NCBI GenBank assembly: GCA_963761305.1
Contig: CAVXGK010000001.1
Coordinates: 1,376,001 to 1,440,000, forward strand
Origin: an uncultured Gemmatimonadaceae bacterium
Lineage (GTDB): Bacteria > Gemmatimonadota > Gemmatimonadetes > Gemmatimonadales > Gemmatimonadaceae
DNA: 64,000 nucleotides
Direction: 5' to 3'
Numbering within the stretch: the first letter of the stretch is position 1; every line of letters begins with the position of its first letter. Below are positions 57,678-64,000 of this stretch, piece after piece. Position numbers and translations under genes: made by a program. The notes below the pieces were generated by a model. It had not been told where the DNA came from. It saw nothing but the letters and a program-made list of their open reading frames with translations, and did no database searches.

Positions 57678-58622
57678 TCAGCGTCCGTTCTGCGCTTCCC
57701 ACGCCTGAATCACGGCGTGGGCGGCTTCTTGCGGGTCGTCCGTGAGCAAAATCAAATCCAGGTCTCCCGGTGAGATCTTCGATTCGCCGAGCACGCGAGA
57801 CTGAATCCAGCGGATCAGTCCCGCCCAGTAGTGCCGGCCGAACATCACGACGGGGAATTGATAGATCTTGCCCGTCTGGATGAGCGTGAGCGCTTCGAAG
57901 GCTTCGTCGAGCGTGCCGTAGCCGCCCGGAAATATGATGAACGCGTTCGAGTACTTGATGAACATCGTCTTCCGGACGAAGAAGTAGCGGAAGTTGATGA
58001 GCGTATCGAGATAGGGGTTGGCGCCCTGCTCGAACGGGAGCTCGATGTTGCAGCCGATCGACGTGCCGCCGCCCATCTTGGCGCCTTTGTTCGCCGCCTC
58101 CATGATCCCCGGCCCCGCGCCGGTGATGATGGCGAATCCGGCCTCGGCCAGGAGACGCGCGACCTCCTGCGCCGACTGATACTGCGGATCGTCGGGGTGC
58201 GTGCGCGCCGAGCCGAAGATCGCCACACCCTTCTGCACGTGCGCGAGGTTGTCGAACCCGTCGACGAACTCGCCCATGATGCGCATCACGCGCCAGGGAT
58301 CCGTGCGCGTGAAATCCTCGCGACTGCTCCCGGATTGCAGCAGCTTTTCGTCTTCGGTGACGGGCGGCATGTAGCTGCGAATCGCGTCGTCGACGATCCG
58401 CGGCGGCGTGGTCGGACCACCCGGCGCTCGCTCCGACGGCGGCGTGCGTCCCGCTGCTCGGTGGCCGGCTTCCGTCCGTTCGCGGTACCCTTCCTGCGCC
58501 CCTCTCGATGCTTCGGCGAGAAGTTCCGGGCTCGTCTTGTTGCCGCCAGCCGTCCGGGGTGACTTGGGCTTCGTGGGGCGCTGAGCCTTCGCTTTCGTCT
58601 CGCGTGGTTTGCGGTCTGGCAT
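57678..58622 (-). CDS. LOG family (TIGR00730-like) nucleotide monophosphate nucleosidase
   Basis: [33 protein letters not shown]. Long disordered N-terminus, start uncertain. Confidence 0.9.
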   Translation of the reverse strand: MPDRKPRETKAKAQRPTKPKSPRTAGGNKTSPELLAEASRGAQEGYRERTEAGHRAAGRTPPSERAPGGPTTPPRIVDDAIRSYMPPVTEDEKLLQSGSSREDFTRTDPWRVMRIMGEFVDGFDNLAHVQKGVAIFGSARTHPDDPQYQSAQEVARLLAEAGFAIITGAGPGIMEAANKGAKMGGGTSIGCNIELPFEQGANPYLDTLINFRYFFVRKTMFIKYSNAFIIFPGGYGTLDEAFEALTLIQTGKIYQFPVVMFGRHYWAGLIRWIQSRVLGESKISPGDLDLILLTDDPQEAAHAVIQAWEAQNGR

Positions 58623-58698
58623 GGCGTTGATCTTATGGGGTTGAGGGAGGAGTGCACAGAGGCGAGCTTTGCGACACAGCCTCCCCTTCATCGCCGCA

Positions 58699-60120
58699 GT
58701 GTCCGTAGTCATCCTCCTCGCCGACGGCGCGCGCCCCGACACACTGTCGACCGCGCTCGACTCCGGTGCGCTGCCGGCGCTCGCGCGCCTGCGCGCGGCG
58801 GGGGGCCTGCACACGATCACGTCGTGCTTTCCCTCGGTCACCGGACCGGCCTACGCGCCGTTTCTCCTGGGCCGCTTCCCCGGACCGGTCGGCCTGCCGG
58901 GGCTGCGTTGGTTCGACCGCGCGCGCACGGCGTGCAGTTTTCCCGACTACTCGCGGAGCTACGTCGGCTATCAGATGAGCGCGGTGGACGGCGATCTCGA
59001 CGCGTCCGCGCCGACGATCTTCGAGCTCACCGGCACGAGTCTCGGCGCGCTCAGCGTGATCACGCGGGGGCTGCCGTCCCACCAACGCATCGGGTCGATC
59101 ACGACGCTCTCGGCGATTCGCGGCGCACGCACTCACTTCTCCGGCGACCTCGCCGGCTGGCTCGAGATCGACCGCATCGCCGCGGGTCAGCTCGTGCGGC
59201 GGATTCGGATGGAGCAGCCGGATTTCGTGTTCGCCGCACTGACCGGCGTCGACAAGGTGTCGCACGCGCGCGGTCAGGACTCGCCGATGACGATCGACGC
59301 ACTGCGCATCGTGGACGACACCGCGGCGCGGATCCGCGACGACGCCGAGCGCAGCGGACGCTGGGACGACATGCACCTGTGGATCGTGAGCGATCACGGT
59401 CACTCGCGTGTGACCTCGCACGAAGACCTTGCCGGCCTGATCGACGACACGGGCCTCCGCACCATGTCACACCCGTGGGTCGTGACGCTCGGCGCGGAGG
59501 TGGCGGTGATGGTGAGCGGCAACGCGATGGCGCATCTGTATTGCGACGTTCGGTCGCGCGCGCGTCCGTCGATGGATGCCCCGAGGTGGCGCGCACTGTG
59601 CGACATGCTGCTCACACGCCCGTCGGTGGATCTGCTCGCCGTGTGCCGCGGCGAGCGGGTGGTCGTTCGGACTGCCGATCGCGGCGACGCCGTCCTGTGG
59701 CGGACGAATCGAGGATACCACTATCAGCGTGAGGGCGGCGACCCGCTCGGCATCGGCCGCGACGTGTGCGCGGTGACGAGCGACGAAGCGTACGATCTCA
59801 CGATCGACACCGACTATCCGGATTCGATCGTGCAGCTGGTGAACCTCGTCTGCTCGCCGAGGTCCGGCGAGATCGTGCTGTCCGCGGCGCGCGACTGGGA
59901 TTTCCGCGCGCGCTACGAGCCGATCCGCCACGTGAGCTCGCACGGCGCGCTGCACCGCGAGCACATGCTCGTTCCGCTGCTGACGAATCGCCCGGTCGCG
60001 TCGGCGCCCCGTCGCACGGTCGACGTCATGCCGAGCGCACTCGCGGCGCTCGGCGCGCCGATGCCGGCGATGTTGGATGGCCGCTCGTTTCTTGCGCCGC
60101 GCGAGGCGTTCGTCACGTGA
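58699..60120 (+). CDS. Alkaline phosphatase superfamily (nucleotide pyrophosphatase/phosphodiesterase-like) protein
   Basis: LLADGARPD, FPSVTGP, DKVSH, SDHG, SHG metal-binding motifs. Start is 58669 or 58699. Confidence 0.85.
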   Translation: MSVVILLADGARPDTLSTALDSGALPALARLRAAGGLHTITSCFPSVTGPAYAPFLLGRFPGPVGLPGLRWFDRARTACSFPDYSRSYVGYQMSAVDGDLDASAPTIFELTGTSLGALSVITRGLPSHQRIGSITTLSAIRGARTHFSGDLAGWLEIDRIAAGQLVRRIRMEQPDFVFAALTGVDKVSHARGQDSPMTIDALRIVDDTAARIRDDAERSGRWDDMHLWIVSDHGHSRVTSHEDLAGLIDDTGLRTMSHPWVVTLGAEVAVMVSGNAMAHLYCDVRSRARPSMDAPRWRALCDMLLTRPSVDLLAVCRGERVVVRTADRGDAVLWRTNRGYHYQREGGDPLGIGRDVCAVTSDEAYDLTIDTDYPDSIVQLVNLVCSPRSGEIVLSAARDWDFRARYEPIRHVSSHGALHREHMLVPLLTNRPVASAPRRTVDVMPSALAALGAPMPAMLDGRSFLAPREAFVT

Positions 60121-60130
60121 CGTGCTTCGT

Positions 60131-60403
60131 ATGACGCCCGGCGCGATCGAGAAGCGATCGTGGTCCTCCGTCGCGGCCAGGCTCGCGTGGCGGGGCGTGC
60201 GACATCCGCGCACGGGCCTGGCGCTCATCCGCGTCGGCTGGCGCTTCCGCGCGCGCGACTGGTATCGCCGGTTTCCATTTCTCCCGCTGCCCGACCGCAC
60301 GTACGTGCGCTGGCGGATGTACACCGCGTACGGCGACGAATCGGCCGTGCCGAGTGCCGACGACGTCGAGCGGTACGCGGCGTGGGCCGTGCGAAAACCG
60401 TGA
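60131..60403 (+). CDS. Small basic hypothetical protein
   Basis: 90-aa ORF (WYRRFPFLPLPD.TY.RWRM.TAYG). GTGA overlap with queG. Confidence 0.7.
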   Translation: MTPGAIEKRSWSSVAARLAWRGVRHPRTGLALIRVGWRFRARDWYRRFPFLPLPDRTYVRWRMYTAYGDESAVPSADDVERYAAWAVRKP

Positions 60404-61428
60404 TCGAATCGCTGATCAAAGCGCAGGCGTACGGGCTCGGCTTCGATCTGGTCGGGATCGCGCGCCTCGGGCCGGCGGAGACCGCGGCGGCGTTTGATAC
60501 GTGGCTCGAGCGCGGTTACGAGGGCGAGATGCACTACATGTCGCGCACCGCCGCCAAGCGCCGCGACTCACGACTGCCCTTCCCCGCGGCGAAGAGCGCG
60601 ATCGTCGTCGGCGTGGACTACGGCGGACGTGAACCATTGGGGCCCGTCGCTCGGTACGCGCGGGGCGAGGACTATCACGACGTGCTGCTCGATCGTCTCC
60701 AGACGCTGCATGGTTGGATCGAGAACACGGTCGGTGCGCGCGTAGCGGGGAAGGCGTACGTCGACACGGGTCCGATTCTCGAGCGCGACCTGGCGCGCCG
60801 CGCGGGACTCGGTTGGTTCGGCAAGAACACGATGCTCATCAATCCGAAGCGCGGGTCGTTCTTTTTCCTGGCCGAACTAGTATTGGATCTCGAGCTCGAG
60901 CCGGACGCGCCGTTCGCGACCGATCATTGCGGAACGTGCCGCCGGTGTCTCGACGCGTGTCCGACCGGCGCGCTGGTCGAGGAGCGCGTGCTCGACTCGA
61001 CGCGGTGCATCTCGTACCTCACGATCGAGCTGAAGGGACAGATCCCGGAAAACCGGCGTGCGGGGATCGGCGAACTGCTCTATGGCTGCGACGTCTGTCA
61101 GGACGTGTGTCCGTGGAACGAAAAGTTCTCGGCGCCGTTGCGCGAGGACGCGTTTCGTCCACGCGCCGCGATCGCCGAGAAGGACGCCCACACACTGGCG
61201 CGGGAGATCCTCGCAACGAGCGATGGGGATTTTCGCACGACGTTCAAGAGTTCGCCGATGAAGCGGGCGAAGTTGAGAGGATTGAAGCGCAACGCGGCCG
61301 TGGTCCTTGGGAACGTCGGCAACCGCGATGATGCCCCGACGCTGACTGCGACGCTCGAGGACTCCGATCCCCTCGTGCGCGAACATGCGGCTTGGGCCCT
61401 GGCCAGAATCTTAGACCAGGTGCCGTAG
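60400..61428 (+). CDS. queG: Epoxyqueuosine reductase
   Basis: ARYARG.DYH, VDTGPILER, GLGWFGKN, CGTCRRCLDACPT, GCDVCQDVCPWN, HEAT tail. Confidence 0.95.
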   Translation: MIESLIKAQAYGLGFDLVGIARLGPAETAAAFDTWLERGYEGEMHYMSRTAAKRRDSRLPFPAAKSAIVVGVDYGGREPLGPVARYARGEDYHDVLLDRLQTLHGWIENTVGARVAGKAYVDTGPILERDLARRAGLGWFGKNTMLINPKRGSFFFLAELVLDLELEPDAPFATDHCGTCRRCLDACPTGALVEERVLDSTRCISYLTIELKGQIPENRRAGIGELLYGCDVCQDVCPWNEKFSAPLREDAFRPRAAIAEKDAHTLAREILATSDGDFRTTFKSSPMKRAKLRGLKRNAAVVLGNVGNRDDAPTLTATLEDSDPLVREHAAWALARILDQVP

Positions 61429-61631
61429 CAGTCTCCGTCCCGCCGCGACGACGAGGTATTCGACGAGGACGACTCGTGGGCTTACGACGGGCTGAGCGGC
61501 GACGACGATCAATTCGAGATGAGCCGAATTGGAAGCGATGCTGGCGCCGCCGGTGTTCGAGCCGATCGAGCGGTGGCAGCCCTGAAGCGAGACGCCCTCG
61601 TCGTCGCTCGCAACGTTGGACGACCGCGCCG

Positions 61632-62024
61632 CTACGTCCGCTTTGCCGTGAACGTGCCGCTCGCCTGCCCGCCGAGATCGACCGAGCCTTTGAGCGCATC
61701 CTTGCTCTCGATCGTACCGGTGTAGGTCACGGCGATCGCGGTGCCCTGCACGTTCGCCTGCATCGTAAACGAGAACTTTCCGTCCTTCACCGAGCCCTTG
61801 AGCTCCGCCTCGCCGAGTACCTGTGACGAGTAGTGGCCGGTGAGCGAATCACCCTTCTGCGTCAACGTCACGGTCGGCGTGCCGGTCCCGGCATCGGTGT
61901 TGACCGTGAAGAGCCATTTTCCGGTGAGATCGACGCTCGGACTCGCCTGCGCGGCGCTCGTCGACGCGATCGAGGCCGTCGCCAGCACGACAAGGGGCAT
62001 GATCAATCTCAGAATCGATCGCAT
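61632..62024 (-). CDS. Small secreted beta-rich hypothetical protein
   Basis: Signal peptide, DLTGKW...LTG...LKG...GTFTAKR. Confidence 0.75.
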   Translation of the reverse strand: MRSILRLIMPLVVLATASIASTSAAQASPSVDLTGKWLFTVNTDAGTGTPTVTLTQKGDSLTGHYSSQVLGEAELKGSVKDGKFSFTMQANVQGTAIAVTYTGTIESKDALKGSVDLGGQASGTFTAKRT

Positions 62025-62057
62025 ACGAGAGCTCCGAAAAGGGAAAGGGGTGCCCGG

Positions 62058-63002
62058 TCAACGCATGTCACCCAACAACACCCGCCAGTCCTCGAGATAC
62101 GCCGGCGTCCCGTTTTCCAACCGAGGCGTCACACCGTTTCCGACGACGCTCGGATGATACGGATTGTCGCCGACTTTCCTCGCCGGCTCGAGGGTCAGCA
62201 CGCGAATGTGATCGCCCGGAATGTGCAGCGCCGCGTACGCGCGCTGGATCAGCTCCGCGGTGTTCTCCTTGCGATGAAAGGCGCCGTACCAACGGTCGGG
62301 CGGCGTCGCACCGGGTCCACGCGTGACCCACGGCGCGAGCGTGTGGAAACGCCCGTAGTTATCCCACGGGCTCGAGAAGAGAATCACCCGTGCGACGAGC
62401 GTGCGCTGCGCGATGTACGCGGCCATGCCGGCGCCTTGCGACAGGCCGGACACGGCGATGGCCGTCCAATTCGGCTGTCCGTCCTTGAGGTAGCGCGACC
62501 ATCCTTCGCTCGGGTGATCGCGGTCCAGCGCCGCAAGCAGGGCGCCCAGTCGCGCGGCGATCGACTCGTTCGGTTTGTCGTCGATCAGCGACGTCGCGTC
62601 TTCGCCGAAGATGCGCTTCCGGCGTACTTTCTCCGCGCAACCCGGGTCGGGGTCGCGCGGACAGAGCTGCTGCACGGCGGGCACGTCGTCGTACTCGAGC
62701 CCGATGACGCGGTAGCCCTGACGCGCCGCGAGATCCTCGAACGCCGTCGTGTTGATCGGCCGTCCGTCGGTGCCAGGAAGAAACACGAGCAGCGGCGCGT
62801 CGGTCTTCACGCCACGCGCGTAGACGACGTAGTTGACCGCGTCGAAACGATGCGACGTCGAGTCGACCGCGGACGGCGCGATGCGATAGCGAACGAGGTC
62901 GTCGGTGGCCTCCTGGGCGCTGAGCGACGCGACGAGCGGACCGCCGGCGCAGAACGCCAAGGGAGTCGCACCCACGAATCCGAGTAGCGTGAACGCTCTC
63001 AT
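62058..63002 (-). CDS. Secreted alpha/beta-hydrolase-like protein
   Basis: Signal peptide, VFLPGT, GLSQGAG elbow, C-terminal His (NPYH). Confidence 0.75.
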   Translation of the reverse strand: MRAFTLLGFVGATPLAFCAGGPLVASLSAQEATDDLVRYRIAPSAVDSTSHRFDAVNYVVYARGVKTDAPLLVFLPGTDGRPINTTAFEDLAARQGYRVIGLEYDDVPAVQQLCPRDPDPGCAEKVRRKRIFGEDATSLIDDKPNESIAARLGALLAALDRDHPSEGWSRYLKDGQPNWTAIAVSGLSQGAGMAAYIAQRTLVARVILFSSPWDNYGRFHTLAPWVTRGPGATPPDRWYGAFHRKENTAELIQRAYAALHIPGDHIRVLTLEPARKVGDNPYHPSVVGNGVTPRLENGTPAYLEDWRVLLGDMR

Positions 63003-63148
63003 GCGCTCGAATCTGATTCGTCACGGCGCGGCCGGGGAGGGGTCCACTCGCTTGCGCGTCGTAGAGGGTTGCACGCTGACGCAGATTTGTCCCGTCGCGC
63101 GATTCTAGCCCGCGCGGGAACCGATCAGCCCTTTCAGCATTCGCCAAC

Positions 63149-64000
63149 GTGAATCCCTCCATCGAGCTCGGCCTCGATACTTTCGGCGACGTCACGCGCG
63201 GAGCGGACGGCAAGCCCGTGTCGCACGCGCAGGCCATTCGCGACGTGATCGACGAAGCCGTGCTCGCCGACGAGGTCGGTGCGGATTTCATCGGCGTCGG
63301 CGAGCATCATCGCGACGATTTCTCCATCTCGGCGCCCGAAGTCGTTCTCGCCGCGATCGCGGGGCGCACGCGCCGCATCAAACTCGGATCGGCCGTGACG
63401 GTGCTCAGCTCCGACGATCCGGTGCGCGTCTTCGAGCGTTTCGCCACGCTCGACGCCGCCTCCAACGGCCGCGCCGAGGTGATCCTCGGCCGCGGATCGT
63501 TCACCGAGTCGTTTCCGCTCTTCGGCTATCCGCTCTCGCAGTACGAGGTGCTGTTCGAGGAGAAGCTGGAGCTGTTCGCGGCGCTCCTCGAGTACGATCG
63601 CACGGGCGAACCGGTGAATTGGCAGGGCTCGACGCGCGCGTCGCTCGAAAAGACCCGCGTGTTTCCGACGACGGAGCGCGGTCTCAAGGTGTGGATCGGC
63701 GTGGGAGGAAGCCCGGAATCGGTGGTTCGCGCGGCCCGCTATCGGCTTCCGCTCACCCTGGCGATCATCGGCGGTGATCCGAAGCGCTTCAAGCCGTTCG
63801 TGACGTTGTATAAACAGGCGCTCACACAAATGAACACGACGATGCTGCCGATCGGCGTCCACTCACCGGGTCACATCGCGGACACCGACGAGCAAGCGCG
63901 CGAGGAGATGTGGCCGGCGTTCAAGGCGATGCACGACCGCATCGGCGCCGAGCGCGGCTGGGGGCCGATCAGCCGCTCGCAGTTCGATCAGGAAGTCGAA
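63149..64000 (+). CDS. Luciferase-like (LLM class) flavin-dependent oxidoreductase, truncated by window end
   Basis: GTG 63149 begins MNPSIELGLDTFGDV...GVGEHHR...LGSAVTVLSSDDPVRV...GRGSFTESFPLFG. Not in the ORF track because there is no stop in the window. Confidence 0.9.
   Translation, partial: MNPSIELGLDTFGDVTRGADGKPVSHAQAIRDVIDEAVLADEVGADFIGVGEHHRDDFSISAPEVVLAAIAGRTRRIKLGSAVTVLSSDDPVRVFERFATLDAASNGRAEVILGRGSFTESFPLFGYPLSQYEVLFEEKLELFAALLEYDRTGEPVNWQGSTRASLEKTRVFPTTERGLKVWIGVGGSPESVVRAARYRLPLTLAIIGGDPKRFKPFVTLYKQALTQMNTTMLPIGVHSPGHIADTDEQAREEMWPAFKAMHDRIGAERGWGPISRSQFDQEVE

Noticed and set aside
61429..61631. Acidic reading frame continuing in frame after the queG TAG (RRDDEVFDEDDSWAYDG...)
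   Set aside because: QueG is complete before the stop, the extension has no recognisable motif and runs into the convergent gene. Probably chance or a remnant.

Overview
GC-rich bacterial chromosomal window with about 55 tightly packed genes. Gene content suggests Gemmatimonadota (inference only). I found no rRNA, tRNA, CRISPR array or recognisable mobile element. Most genes are housekeeping or metabolic: DEAD helicase, lon, PBP1A, nadE, fused 2-oxoacid dehydrogenase E1, dinB, rsgA, proline dehydrogenase, fadI/fadJ, glpD, a Gre factor, a DHS-like enzyme and queG. Two multi-gene modules stand out. (1) An ECF-sigma / glycogen-binding-domain module appears twice. At 44.4-46.1 kb (-) it reads ECF sigma, single-TM protein with a CBM48/AMPK-beta-like domain, secreted helical protein. 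At 1-2.1 kb (+) it reads CBM48 tail (missed by the ORF track), a paralogous helical protein, and a predicted outer-membrane beta-protein with another CBM48. This suggests a trans-envelope signalling system. (2) A sigma-54 module at 51.4-56.0 kb has a well-formed -24/-12 promoter with upstream palindromes, a ZU5-like lipoprotein ending in an HF|S autoproteolysis-type motif, a TPR-only protein, an enhancer-binding protein with no sensor domain, and a paralogous TPR-HD-GYP phosphodiesterase. Other oddities are a 19-copy 21-bp tandem array after lon, twin 2TM Ser/Thr kinases, a LytS kinase carrying a second degenerate half, a circularly permuted ACP-like gene coupled to dinB, and a structured helicase leader. 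All domain calls come from motifs read by eye; no searches were run. Several start codons were re-picked downstream of the ORF-track starts.
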